Assembly (NCBI GenBank): GCA_041750285.1
Contig: JBGSZS010000005.1
Coordinates: forward strand, 30,353-94,352
Reading direction: 5' to 3'
DNA: 64,000 nt
DNA from: Candidatus Fermentibacteraceae bacterium
Lineage (GTDB): Bacteria; Fermentibacterota; Fermentibacteria; Fermentibacterales; JCC-6
Shown here: positions 19,121 through 29,020 of the stretch, in pieces
How the letters are laid out: each line of letters begins with the position of its first letter
Numbering within the stretch: position 1 is the first letter of the stretch
Notes under the pieces: model-generated
Database searches by the model: none
What the model was told of the DNA's origin: nothing
What the model saw: only the letters and a program-made list of their open reading frames with translations
Translations under genes and position numbers: made by a program

Positions 19121-19839
19121 GATGAGGGTATCACCGTGAACCTGTCCAGCTCCACCCTGATGCCGGCATCGATGAAAACGCCCGCAACGCCCATGGCGGG
19201 CATTCTGAGGCGGACCACCTGGATGAGTTGCCCGTTCACGAAGAAGTCGATGTAGCTGCCGTGAACCTGGGCTGACAACTCGACCGAAGGCATGGAGAAG
19301 GGGAGGAGCCTGCTCCGCTCGAAGCTGCCGAGTCCCATGACCGTGAACCACATTCCGTTGCGGCATTCCTGAACGGTGTACTGCCCCCGTGAGTTCACCC
19401 CCAGAAGGACGAAGTTCCTTTCATCGGCCGCCCTGAGAACCAGCCCAACCACGGAATGAAGCGGCGCTTCGACAAGGTTGAACCTGGCTTCGACCATTCC
19501 GTCACGGACCAGGCCGGCGGTGCTGAGGAGCACGACGGGTTCGATGCCCGGGAGATTGTCGATCTGGAGGGCTCCGCCGTAGGTCTCGTAGGGGACGTAT
19601 TGGCCGAAGGGGCGGTCTAAGGAGCTGTCGAAGAGGCAGTTCACCAGGGTATCGCCGGGAACGAGCGGAGTTGGGGGGACGTCATCCGGGGATGGCTGTC
19701 CCGCTGTCGGAGGGACGCCCCTTATGGAACCAGCGAAAAAGCCGCTTGTCCTGGAGTCCCTTCCACAGGATGCGACCAATGGAAGCAGGATGAGGATCGG
19801 AAGTGGGATCATGGAGACCGGAACCGGGTATTTTTTCAT
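19117..19839 (-). CDS. Lipoprotein with beta-jelly-roll (DUF1080-like) domain
   Basis: Lipobox VASC; GLVLRA..NF, FFVNGQLI, GVAGVF beta-sandwich pattern. Confidence 0.6.
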   Translation of the reverse strand: MKKYPVPVSMIPLPILILLPLVASCGRDSRTSGFFAGSIRGVPPTAGQPSPDDVPPTPLVPGDTLVNCLFDSSLDRPFGQYVPYETYGGALQIDNLPGIEPVVLLSTAGLVRDGMVEARFNLVEAPLHSVVGLVLRAADERNFVLLGVNSRGQYTVQECRNGMWFTVMGLGSFERSRLLPFSMPSVELSAQVHGSYIDFFVNGQLIQVVRLRMPAMGVAGVFIDAGIRVELDRFTVIPSS

Positions 19840-19886
19840 GAGCGGTTTTCCATTAGGGTTGTGGTGAAGAGAAAGGGCGGGAATCC

Positions 19887-20681
19887 ATGCGAAAAACTAA
19901 GGTTGCCCTGCTTCTTTGTCCAGTGCTTTCCTGCGGGACGGGCAACGGAGACGGCGCGGCCATTCCTTCCCTCCCGGATCCCGCCGCTTTCATGGCTGGC
20001 GCAGGGGTAACGGTGACAGCCACGGAGGTCGGGAACCGCATGGAACCGTTGTTCCTTGACGGGACGGACCAGCTTGTCCTTGATTCGGTGACGACCGCCG
20101 CAACGGTGGAACCGGGCGACACACTGGCAAGGCTCAGGGACCCGGTCAGCACTTTCATCGAGTCGAGGATCTCCATGGAAGCGGCACTCGAGGAAGCCCG
20201 GGGGAATGCCGCTGGTGCTGACAGCCTCAGACGCATACTCGAGTCACCGCCGTGGTTCAGGTACCTCATCTCGGACCGTGCGGGTTCGGTGACCTTCCCC
20301 CGCCCCGGTGCCCTTCTGAACCCCGGCGACACCGTGGCATTGATAAGCACGGTCCTTTCGAACGATTCGCTCTGGGTGCTCCGGCCGGCCCTCCCCCTTG
20401 ACTTCTGGCCTCCCGTCCCGGGTCTCGTCCTCACACAGACCTCGCCCGACAGCGCAGTGGCGGAGGGGATCGCTCCGGCGCACAGTTTCATCCTTCCCGG
20501 AACGTGGGAACTGCCGGCCACGGCCCTGAGGGAGGCCGGGCTTCTTATATTCGTGCTCAGCGCCTCGGGAGACAGCCTTCCCGTGAGGATCCTGGGCGAA
20601 TCGCCCGCGGGAGTGTACGTATACTGCGAGGAATCACTTGATTCGCTGCCCCTGGTCCCATGGGCGGCCCGAAGGGAGTAA
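19887..20681 (+). CDS. Lipoprotein, periplasmic-adaptor/lipoyl-like
   Basis: Lipobox VLSC; two lipoyl-like half motifs (VEPGDTLARL, LNPGDTVALI) flanking a helical hairpin. Confidence 0.5.
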   Translation: MRKTKVALLLCPVLSCGTGNGDGAAIPSLPDPAAFMAGAGVTVTATEVGNRMEPLFLDGTDQLVLDSVTTAATVEPGDTLARLRDPVSTFIESRISMEAALEEARGNAAGADSLRRILESPPWFRYLISDRAGSVTFPRPGALLNPGDTVALISTVLSNDSLWVLRPALPLDFWPPVPGLVLTQTSPDSAVAEGIAPAHSFILPGTWELPATALREAGLLIFVLSASGDSLPVRILGESPAGVYVYCEESLDSLPLVPWAARRE

Positions 20682-20687
20682 TACGGA

Positions 20688-21920
20688 ATGACACGGATCG
20701 GCTTCAGCTCATCCTTCGATCATCCCAGGATCTCGCGGGACACCGTGGATCAACTGCTTCTGTTCAGGAAGCAGGGACGGCTCGGGTTCATGGAGCTTCC
20801 AGGCAACGAGCCCCTCCTTGACGCATCACTGGAAATGGCTTCAAATGCTGCTTCCATGGGCAATACAATGCTTGTCTGCGGGATCGGTGGTTCAAGCCTG
20901 GGCCTCAGGGCCCTGCTCTCGGCCCTCGGCAACCCATCAGGCAGGTCGGTCAGGGTCCTCGAATCACCCGACACGAGGCTTCTGAGGGGCGTAACCGAAA
21001 CCTGCGACCCCCGTGACACAACGCTTGCCGTGATCACGAAGAGCGGCGGCACATCCGAAACCCTCTCCCTGTTCATGAAACTGCACCCATGGATCGGATG
21101 CGATTCGAGGGTCTTCGCGGTGACCGACCCGGAGCGGGGAGACCTCAGGAAGCTTGCGACTGACCGCGGCTTCCACACTCTTCCCGTTCCCCCGGCAGTT
21201 GGCGGACGATACAGTGTTCTCAGCCCGGTGGGGCTCTTCCCGGCGGCCTTCGCCGGAATTGACGTGAGGTCCGTTCTGGCGGGAGCGGGTGGAATGCTGG
21301 ACGACTTCCTCGAAAACGGCCCCGACAGCACCGCGGGAAGGGTCGCGGCAGCTTGTCTCGACTGCTTTCACACCCATCCCGTGCATGTTTTCATGCCCTA
21401 CACCGATCTCCTTTACGATACTGCGCTATGGTTCGCGCAGCTCTGGGCCGAAAGCCTCGGAAAGGCCCGCAGCCTCGACGGAACACCGACCTGCACCGGT
21501 CAGACCCCGATTGCCTGCCGCGGCCCCTCCGATCAGCACTCGCTGGTCCAGCTTTTCATGGAGGGCCCGATGGACAAGATGTTCACCATCGTCGGCGAGA
21601 CTCCCCCTGAAAAAGGCAGGGTCGTCCCCGGACCCTACTCTGAATACCCTTCGATGTCGTTCCTTGAAGGAAGAAGCCCCGACGAGCTGCGCAGCGCGGA
21701 GGAAGAGGCAACCGCCTCGGCCCTTGTTGAACGGGGGCTTCCAGTCTGCCGTCTTTCCATTCCGGCGGTTTCAGCGGAAGTGATGGGGGCGGTGTTCATG
21801 CTGTATCAGATCGCCACGGTACTCACGGGACTCGCCCTGAACGTGGACCCCCTCGACCAGCCCGGGGTGGAGCGGGGGAAGATCCTCACCTTCAGGGCCA
21901 TGGGAAGGGCGGGCTTCTGA
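20688..21920 (+). CDS. pgi: Glucose-6-phosphate isomerase
   Basis: GIGGSSLG, TKSGGTSET, VGGRYSVLS, QLWAESLGK, DQHS, DQPGVERGK. Confidence 0.93.
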   Translation: MTRIGFSSSFDHPRISRDTVDQLLLFRKQGRLGFMELPGNEPLLDASLEMASNAASMGNTMLVCGIGGSSLGLRALLSALGNPSGRSVRVLESPDTRLLRGVTETCDPRDTTLAVITKSGGTSETLSLFMKLHPWIGCDSRVFAVTDPERGDLRKLATDRGFHTLPVPPAVGGRYSVLSPVGLFPAAFAGIDVRSVLAGAGGMLDDFLENGPDSTAGRVAAACLDCFHTHPVHVFMPYTDLLYDTALWFAQLWAESLGKARSLDGTPTCTGQTPIACRGPSDQHSLVQLFMEGPMDKMFTIVGETPPEKGRVVPGPYSEYPSMSFLEGRSPDELRSAEEEATASALVERGLPVCRLSIPAVSAEVMGAVFMLYQIATVLTGLALNVDPLDQPGVERGKILTFRAMGRAGF

Positions 21921-23137
21921 CGGCATCCCTTCTGCTCTGCGTCATGTCCGTCACTGGCGGACACCTCTCCAATGACTGGTACATGCTTCTGGAGGATCGC
22001 TGGGAATGGAGCGCGACAGCTCCATACCTTGCTTCCGGCGGCTTTGCAGGGGTGCTTTCGGACGGGATGCCCCTGGTTCCGTTCGGGGCCGCCCCCGTTC
22101 CACCCTCGACTGAAAGACGCCTCACCGCAGTCGCCAATCCAATCGAGTCCGGGCTCTGGTCGGGCGGGGAGTGGTGCCTCGTCCATGAGTACCCGGAGCT
22201 TCCGGAAAGCCTTCTCCAAAGCGGCATTTCCCTTCTCCAGAACACTGAACAGCGCAGCAGGTACGCCGTGTACCTTCGCCGAAGGCTTCCCGGAACGCTC
22301 CTGGGCTCGTTTTCCACCTCGAGGGGCGATTCCGCCGGCGTTTCCATGGTGAGGCTATCGAGGGCTCCCATTGGGGCGTACGGGCTTTCATGGGAGGATG
22401 GCTACTCGATCGGAGCCGGTTTCGCTCCGGGACCGGCCAGGATAATGGGCGGCTTCTCCCGGCTTTCCCCGGGCGACAGAAGGCCCTCGATCCTCGGTGA
22501 GTTCAAAACATACCCTGGAAAGGTATTTCTGGAAGCCGGGCTTGGAACAGCCTGGTCGGATCCTGACATCCTCTGGCGTGCGGCACTGCTTGCGGGAGTT
22601 TCGATCGATCCGGTCATCATCTCTTTGCATGGGGATATAAACGACAGCTCCAGCGTTGCTTCCATGGGTGTTTCGTATCCCGAACTTCTCTCCGCCGGTC
22701 TCTCCGTTCCCGACTCGGGAGAGGTGAGGGGCTTCATGACGGGCCGTATCGGAGCATTCGGTCTATCCGCAAGGTTCGGTGATGTTTCCCGTGCCGCCGC
22801 CTCACTCGGGCTTGAGAACGACCTCATTCGGGGAATGGGAGCGGCATGCTGGGATTTCGACAGCGACTCGCTCAGCCTTGCCGCCTGGGCGCTTCCCGGT
22901 GTGAACTGGTACAGGGCCCGCATCGAGGCCGGCGCGAGGGCACGCGCCGGTATGAACGGTGCAGGTTCCTGGGAGGGGGTTTTCGACGGCCTTCTGGCCT
23001 TCACTCTCCGCACTTTCTCATTCGCACTGGCCATTGAGGACTTCACATCGGCCGAAGGCACTTCCTGGACCTTCGGTGTCACCTGGAGCTTCAGCGACGC
23101 CCCGCCCGAGTACGGAGGGGAGGAGGGGGAGAGATGA
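21917..23137 (+). CDS. Hypothetical outer-membrane beta-barrel-like protein
   Basis: Amphipathic strands ending WTFGVTWSF; first ATG at 21944, but CTG at 21917 overlapping the pgi stop adds a hydrophobic leader. Confidence 0.55.
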   Translation: MTASLLLCVMSVTGGHLSNDWYMLLEDRWEWSATAPYLASGGFAGVLSDGMPLVPFGAAPVPPSTERRLTAVANPIESGLWSGGEWCLVHEYPELPESLLQSGISLLQNTEQRSRYAVYLRRRLPGTLLGSFSTSRGDSAGVSMVRLSRAPIGAYGLSWEDGYSIGAGFAPGPARIMGGFSRLSPGDRRPSILGEFKTYPGKVFLEAGLGTAWSDPDILWRAALLAGVSIDPVIISLHGDINDSSSVASMGVSYPELLSAGLSVPDSGEVRGFMTGRIGAFGLSARFGDVSRAAASLGLENDLIRGMGAACWDFDSDSLSLAAWALPGVNWYRARIEAGARARAGMNGAGSWEGVFDGLLAFTLRTFSFALAIEDFTSAEGTSWTFGVTWSFSDAPPEYGGEEGER

Positions 23138-23718
23138 CAGGTGTTCCAATAGGCGTCCTGGCAAGTGGCAGGGGCAGCAATTTTTCGGCCCTCGTCAGGG
23201 GAGACACGTCACCCGGTTTCGTGCGGGTGCTTCTTTCCGACGATCCCGGCGCTCCCGCGCTCGTCCTCGCCCGTGAACTGGGGGTGGAGGGGGCTTACCT
23301 CTACCCCGGCCCCCGCAGGACCCGTTTCGATGAGGCGTGTGAGAAGGAATGGGCACAATTTCTCCTTGCAAGGGGTGTTGAACTGGTATGCCTGGCGGGT
23401 CTGATGAGGGTGCTGAAGGGCCCCCTCCTTGATGCGTTCCCCGGACGGATCCTGAACATACATCCCTCGCTGCTCCCGTCATTCCCCGGCCTCGACGCAC
23501 AGGGACAGGCAATCAGGCACGGAGTGAAGGTGTCGGGATGCACCGTTCACTACGTCGACAGAGGAGTGGACACGGGACCCATCCTTCTGCAGACCCCTGT
23601 CAGGGTCAAACCGTGCGACGACCGCGAGTCTCTTTCCGAACGGATCCTCAGGGCCGAGCACCTGCTCTACCCAAAAGCCGTCAGGCTGCACCTCCAAAGG
23701 GAAGCCCCGCGCAGCTGA
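23134..23718 (+). CDS. purN: Phosphoribosylglycinamide formyltransferase
   Basis: VLASGRGSNF, LAGLMRVL, LNIHPSLLPSFPG, GCTVHYVD..VDTGPI. Confidence 0.96.
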   Translation: MTGVPIGVLASGRGSNFSALVRGDTSPGFVRVLLSDDPGAPALVLARELGVEGAYLYPGPRRTRFDEACEKEWAQFLLARGVELVCLAGLMRVLKGPLLDAFPGRILNIHPSLLPSFPGLDAQGQAIRHGVKVSGCTVHYVDRGVDTGPILLQTPVRVKPCDDRESLSERILRAEHLLYPKAVRLHLQREAPRS

Positions 23719-23732
23719 ATCACCGGCGCCCC

Positions 23733-23761
23733 TTGAAGATTGGCGCGATTCCATAGATATT
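23733..23761 (+). promoter_or_regulatory. Possible sigma70-type promoter
   Basis: TTGAAG-17nt-GATATT upstream of the M15 peptidase gene. Confidence 0.3.
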
Positions 23762-23765
23762 CCGG

Positions 23766-24728
23766 GTGTCAGGTAAACAGGGAAAGGCGGTTCCGGTGGC
23801 ATTCTCCGTGGCGGGGTTCATCTGGCTTCTACTGCTGGGTGTACCCGACGATCCCATACCCGCTGAACCCGCATTCCCGCTCATGGTGAACGGCAGCCCG
23901 CTTTCCGCGCACATGGCTGCATTCATCGCTGAAGCCGGTTCACAGGTGCATGTTTCGTGCCCGGATTCGGTTGAGTGGGCTTTCGCTGACGAAAGGGGTT
24001 CGGGACGCGAGTTCAGCTTCATGCTTTCCCGGAACCATGGCGTGTTCTCGCTCACTGCCCGGAACGGATCATCCATCCAGGAGTGGGCCGTCCTGGTCCC
24101 GGTCGACGGAAGCAGGATGCGCACCACAACGCTGAATTCATACCCGATGGGTTTTTTCGGGGGAACCGGGGCGGTCACAAGGCGCCACATTCCGGACCGC
24201 TTCATCGAACTCAATGGCTCCACCATCGGAACGAGGCTCTCGACCCACTTCGTCATAAGCGACTTCCTGTGCACCATCCGTGGCGACTGGCCCCAGTACA
24301 TGGCCCTCGACCTTCGGCTCGTACAGAAGCTCGAAGCCCTTCTTGCCGAGGTCAGGAACTTTTACCCCGAGGCCAGGGATGTCCACATCATCAGCGGCTT
24401 TCGCACACCGGCCTACAACGCGGCCATAGGCAACGAAACCGACACGTCCCTTCACCTTTACGGCAAGGCGGCCGATTTCTGGATCGAGGGCTGGCCCGGG
24501 AACGACCTCATGGACGATGTCGACCGCAACAAGAGGATAGACGTCTACGACGGCGAATACCTGATAGGGCTCGTCAGGGCCCTCGAGGCCCGGGGGGACG
24601 TTGCCGCGGGCGGCGCCTCCGCCTACAGGTGGACCGAATCCCACGGGCCCTACGTTCACGTCGACACCAGGGGCAGCGCGGCCCGATGGCAGACCAGGCG
24701 AAGCCTGGTTACCGACCCCGTGATCTGA
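23766..24728 (+). CDS. Peptidase M15A / YcbK-like Zn peptidase
   Basis: LSTHF, ISGFRTPAYN, SLHLYGKAAD, YVHVDTRG. Confidence 0.88.
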   Translation: MSGKQGKAVPVAFSVAGFIWLLLLGVPDDPIPAEPAFPLMVNGSPLSAHMAAFIAEAGSQVHVSCPDSVEWAFADERGSGREFSFMLSRNHGVFSLTARNGSSIQEWAVLVPVDGSRMRTTTLNSYPMGFFGGTGAVTRRHIPDRFIELNGSTIGTRLSTHFVISDFLCTIRGDWPQYMALDLRLVQKLEALLAEVRNFYPEARDVHIISGFRTPAYNAAIGNETDTSLHLYGKAADFWIEGWPGNDLMDDVDRNKRIDVYDGEYLIGLVRALEARGDVAAGGASAYRWTESHGPYVHVDTRGSAARWQTRRSLVTDPVI

Positions 24729-24747
24729 TCCACCGGAAGGAACGGTT

Positions 24748-25527
24748 TTGAAATCCAACCAGTACCATGTCGTGCTTTTCTCGATCGTTGTCCTGTGCCT
24801 TGCGGTGAGCCTCTTCACACTCGCCGGCTCCACCGGGCGAATGCGTGCCTACTGCTCGATCATCGAGGCCAGGCACGCAAGCGATTCCCTGTCGCTGGAC
24901 ACCCTGACTGCGGTGAACGCTTTCCTGGTCTCCGGGCTGGACTCGCTGCGGATACTCAGGTACCGCAACGACAGCCTCACGGCGCGTCTCACCGAGGCAG
25001 ACCTTGCCCTGACCTACCCGGGCTACTATCTGGTGATCGACGCAACGCAGAACCGCTTTCATCTGCGAAGGGGGAACATCCTCGTCCGCTCGGGCTTCGT
25101 TGGCACCGGCAAGGGCTGGACGGAGAGCTCCGCCGGACAAGCCTGGGATTTCAGCACGCCCAGGGGGCTTCGCCATGTGCTCTACAAGACCCAGAATCCC
25201 TACTGGTACCGTCCGGACTGGTACTGGCAGGAGCAGAGCCTGAGACCTCCCACCCCCGGACAGGAGGTCACGATACCCGAAGGCCTGAGCTGGGAGGAGC
25301 AGATCAGCTACTTCAACGATTCGCTGACATCATCGGAGCGGGTCTGGGTCAGGGTTGTTCCCGGCGCCCTCGGGAGCTACGCCCTCGACCTCGGCGGCGG
25401 CATACTCCTGCATTACGGCGTGGGGAGGGGCCTCAACGTGAGCCACGGATGCATCCGGCTGGCAACTGACGATCTCGAGGCCATATTCAGAACACTCGAG
25501 ATCGGTTCGCCGGTTCTCATATACTGA
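24748..25527 (+). CDS. L,D-transpeptidase (YkuD family)
   Basis: VGTGK, FSTPRG, GALGSYAL, catalytic H..SHGCIRL. Confidence 0.9.
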   Translation: MKSNQYHVVLFSIVVLCLAVSLFTLAGSTGRMRAYCSIIEARHASDSLSLDTLTAVNAFLVSGLDSLRILRYRNDSLTARLTEADLALTYPGYYLVIDATQNRFHLRRGNILVRSGFVGTGKGWTESSAGQAWDFSTPRGLRHVLYKTQNPYWYRPDWYWQEQSLRPPTPGQEVTIPEGLSWEEQISYFNDSLTSSERVWVRVVPGALGSYALDLGGGILLHYGVGRGLNVSHGCIRLATDDLEAIFRTLEIGSPVLIY

Positions 25528-25550
25528 CACCTTTCAAGACGGGAGAACAC

Positions 25551-26813
25551 TTGCTCTCAGGCATCATCGGAACGCGCGGAAAGGCCGAGAAGAACGCGGT
25601 ACTCCTCATAATCCTGTGTGCCGTGTGCGCGGTGCTGCTGATGCTGTTCATCCCCGGGATGCGCGGGGGCGGGGTGGAACCGACGGGATCATCCTCCGGA
25701 CACGCCGCTCTCCCGGCGCAGGAAGCGCCTGCCGTCTCGAGAGAACTGCCCGTTGAGTGGCCCCAGGCCGGATTCAGCTCTCTCGGGAACCCGGCGTGGG
25801 GGGAGGGGGTCAGGGCTCCCTTCGAACAGATCTGGAAACTCGAGACCGGGTACGAGTTCTTCTCCGCGCCCGTCCTTCTCGACAGCGTTCTGTACGTGGG
25901 ATGCAACGACATGAACTTCAGGGCGATCGATGCGGGAAGCGGCAGGGTTCTATGGAGCCACGCCGTTGTCTGCGGCCTTTCAGGGGGCGCCTCCGGTGAC
26001 GGGTCAAGGATCTGGTTCGGCGGGCAGGACGGCATCGTCTACTGTCTCGACCGGACGAGCGGCCAAACCATCTGGACTTCCGGCCTTGGCTACCATGTCT
26101 TCAGCGACGCCGCTCTTTTCCGCGACACCATAATCCTTGCGGGGACGAGCATGGGCGGCGTTGCGGCGCTGCACGCGGGAACCGGAAGGCTTCTCTGGGA
26201 CCGGGAACTCGACGGCCTGGTGCTTGGTCCCGCCGTAAGCGACACCATTGCCGTCTTCGTGACCGAGAGCGGTGATGTGGCGGCCTTCACCCCCACAGGA
26301 ACGATTCTCTGGAACAGGAGCTTCACTTCTCAGCCCTCGGCGCCGACGATCTGCGGCCCGGCGGTCTTCATCGGTTTTTCGAGCGGCAAGGTCCTGTCTT
26401 TCAGCCTGAGCGGGGGAGAAACGCTCTGGGAAACCCAACTGCCGGACGTGTCGGGGAGAACCGTCGTATCAAGGCCTGTCTCAGCGGGATCAATGCTCCT
26501 TGCAGGCACGTGCGACAGCAGGCTCGTCTGCCTGGACAGGGAGACGGGCATTCTTCTCTGGGAAACCCCTTTCGAGAACTGGATGCAGGTTCCACCGGTT
26601 GTCTGCGACACCCTGGTCTACGCATCATGCGACGACAGACGCCTTCATGTGCTGAGTCTCAACTCCGGGCAGCCCCTCGAATCGGTCGAACTCGATGGCT
26701 ATTCCGGAACCCAGCCTGTGATCGCAGGCGGGGTTCTCTACCTGGGCACCGCCGGCGGACGCTTCGTTGCCCTCAGGGGAACCCCGCCCGAAGAGGGGGA
26801 AGCGGACAGGTGA
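25551..26813 (+). CDS. PQQ-like beta-propeller protein (BamB-like)
   Basis: Repeated A/C.D..T/SG...W blades and an N-terminal TM anchor. Confidence 0.85.
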   Translation: MLSGIIGTRGKAEKNAVLLIILCAVCAVLLMLFIPGMRGGGVEPTGSSSGHAALPAQEAPAVSRELPVEWPQAGFSSLGNPAWGEGVRAPFEQIWKLETGYEFFSAPVLLDSVLYVGCNDMNFRAIDAGSGRVLWSHAVVCGLSGGASGDGSRIWFGGQDGIVYCLDRTSGQTIWTSGLGYHVFSDAALFRDTIILAGTSMGGVAALHAGTGRLLWDRELDGLVLGPAVSDTIAVFVTESGDVAAFTPTGTILWNRSFTSQPSAPTICGPAVFIGFSSGKVLSFSLSGGETLWETQLPDVSGRTVVSRPVSAGSMLLAGTCDSRLVCLDRETGILLWETPFENWMQVPPVVCDTLVYASCDDRRLHVLSLNSGQPLESVELDGYSGTQPVIAGGVLYLGTAGGRFVALRGTPPEEGEADR

Positions 26814-27685
26814 AGCAGACCTGGATACCCAGCGGCTACATCCTCGTGGCGGGACCGCCGAACACCGGAAAGTCGTCACTCTTCAATGCGATGACAGGCC
26901 TGGGAATATCACCGGTCAGCGAAAGGCGCCGGACCACGACCTTTCCCATCACGGGTATCTGCAGCGCAGGGGGTTCCCAGGCCTGCTTCGTGGACATGCC
27001 CCCACTGGAGGCCGATACCGATACCGATCCCCGCTGGACGGCTGCCTGCGACGCGGTCATCCTCGTGCTTGACGCCAGACGCTGCATGAATGACTATATG
27101 CTTCCCTTCGTGCAGGACTTTCTGCACACCGTCACCGGAAAGCCCCTGATCGTTGCACTCGGTCACGGAGACCACCTCCGGGCGAACCTGAGGGCGGCGC
27201 TTTCCCTTCAGGCCGGCTTCGAGATGAACTGCGCCGGGGTCGTCACTGTGTGTCCCCCCATGCGCATGGGAGTTCAGAAGCTTCGCGCCATTGCCATGAG
27301 CGCTCTCCCTCTCCGGGAAAGGCTTTTCCCCGGGGGAGTAACCTCGCTCAACTCCGGAAGGTTCCTGGCCTCACAGGCCATCAGGGCACTTCTGGGAACG
27401 GTTCTTCCGGAAGATGTGGCCGGAACGACCGCGGTCCAGATCGAGGAGTACTCGGCAAGGAACCGCAAGCTCTACGTAAGGGTCAACCTTCTCGTGGCCA
27501 GGTCTTCCGACAAGGGCACGGTCATAGGCAGAAAGGGGCAGACCCTCGCCCGCATCCAGCAGGAAGCCGAGGCGGTGCTCACCGAACTGACCGATCTCCC
27601 CGTCCAGAGCGAGATATGGGTGAAGGTCAGGGAAGACTGGCCCGGCAACCGGGCCGACCTTCTGGAGTTCGGCTATGCCGACTGA
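26810..27685 (+). CDS. era: Era-like GTPase with degenerate G3/G4 motifs
   Basis: GYILVAGPPNTGKSSL, KH domain VIGRKG, WVKVREDW and terminal LLEFGY; GTG start overlapping upstream stop. Confidence 0.85.
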   Translation: MKQTWIPSGYILVAGPPNTGKSSLFNAMTGLGISPVSERRRTTTFPITGICSAGGSQACFVDMPPLEADTDTDPRWTAACDAVILVLDARRCMNDYMLPFVQDFLHTVTGKPLIVALGHGDHLRANLRAALSLQAGFEMNCAGVVTVCPPMRMGVQKLRAIAMSALPLRERLFPGGVTSLNSGRFLASQAIRALLGTVLPEDVAGTTAVQIEEYSARNRKLYVRVNLLVARSSDKGTVIGRKGQTLARIQQEAEAVLTELTDLPVQSEIWVKVREDWPGNRADLLEFGYAD

Positions 27686-28433
27686 AACCGCGGCACCCGA
27701 ATCCACCGCATGCCGGGTGACACTGTCCGACTTCGAAGGTCCGCTCGATCTCCTGCTCTTCCTTATCCGCAGGGACGAACTGGACATAACGCTGATACGG
27801 GTGTCCGAGGTCGCGGGGCAGTACCTTGCATACATAAGGAATGCCGTCGAGCTGAACATAGATGTCGCGGGGGAGTACCTGGTGATGGCTGCAACCCTTA
27901 CCAGGCTGAAAAGCCGTTCCCTTCTGCCTTCACAGAGGGACCAGTCCGATGACTCACAGGACCCCGGCAAGGCGCTTCTCAGACAGCTCATACTGTACAG
28001 GGCCTTCAGGGAAGCCGCAGCCGAGCTTCGTGACAGCGAGGAGACCTGGAGGGACGCCTTTCCGCCGGCGGGAGAGCGGGACAGGTTTCATGATGCGCTC
28101 AGGGAGGCGGAGCGGGGAGGGGAGAGCGGTTCGATCCTCGAACTTCTTTCCGCCCTCGAATCCCTGGCCCGCAGGGACGAGCCCGGCCTTCCCCACATGG
28201 TCGAAAGACCGGTTCTCTCCATATCCGAGTGCATTGACAGGTTTGCACGGGTCCTTCACTCCGAGGGTGTCTGCGAATCATTCATCGGGGTGCTGGGAGA
28301 AAAACCTACCAGGCAGCGAGTTGTATCCTTCTTTGTCGCCCTGCTTGAACTTGTGAAGCGGGGATGGGTCGTATCAAGACAGGTTGGCCCCTTCGGCGGC
28401 ATCACACTGGAAAGAACCGGAAGATGGGCATGA
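27675..28433 (+). CDS. scpA: Segregation and condensation protein A
   Basis: FEGPLDLLLFLI, GEYLVMAATL..KSRSLLP, FVALLELVK. Confidence 0.95.
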   Translation: MPTETAAPESTACRVTLSDFEGPLDLLLFLIRRDELDITLIRVSEVAGQYLAYIRNAVELNIDVAGEYLVMAATLTRLKSRSLLPSQRDQSDDSQDPGKALLRQLILYRAFREAAAELRDSEETWRDAFPPAGERDRFHDALREAERGGESGSILELLSALESLARRDEPGLPHMVERPVLSISECIDRFARVLHSEGVCESFIGVLGEKPTRQRVVSFFVALLELVKRGWVVSRQVGPFGGITLERTGRWA

Positions 28434-29020
28434 CACTCGACAGGCTGGCGAGGGAGGTCGAGGCCCTTCTCATGGCCTCCGACCGTCCCCTTTCGATCGA
28501 AAGGCTCTGCGAACTGACGGGAGCGGGGCTCGAGGCCGTGGAGCAGGCCGTGTCACGCGTTGAGGACGCCCTCTCTTCCGGAGGCCATGCGATGGAGATC
28601 GCATACATTGCGGGCGGGTACCGCCTGGTCACTGACCCGGCGCTGGGAACGGTCGTTTCAAGACTCTTCGAAGGCCGCAGACCCGGAAAGCTGACCCGCG
28701 CCGCCCTCGAAACCCTCGCCGTGGTGGCCTACAGCCAGCCCTGCACACGCGCGCACGTCGAGGCTGTTCGCGGCGTGAACTGCGACAGCGCAATGAAAAC
28801 GCTTCTGGAAAGGGATTTCGTGGCCATCTCCGGACGCATGGAAACCCCTGGGCGGCCACTTCTTTACGGAACGACGCAGTCATTTCTCGAGTATTTCGGA
28901 TTGGCCAGGCTGGAGCATCTTCCGAGGCTTGACGAGATTGGCAACCTTCTCGCCCTGGGAGCCGACGACCTGGAAAAGGCGGCACTCGACCTTTCAAAGG
29001 ACGGCGAAGATGACCACTGA
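28430..29020 (+). CDS. scpB: Segregation and condensation protein B
   Basis: VEALL, AALETLAVVAYSQP.TRA..E.VRGV, GRPLLYGTT..FLEYFGL. Confidence 0.96.
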   Translation: MTLDRLAREVEALLMASDRPLSIERLCELTGAGLEAVEQAVSRVEDALSSGGHAMEIAYIAGGYRLVTDPALGTVVSRLFEGRRPGKLTRAALETLAVVAYSQPCTRAHVEAVRGVNCDSAMKTLLERDFVAISGRMETPGRPLLYGTTQSFLEYFGLARLEHLPRLDEIGNLLALGADDLEKAALDLSKDGEDDH

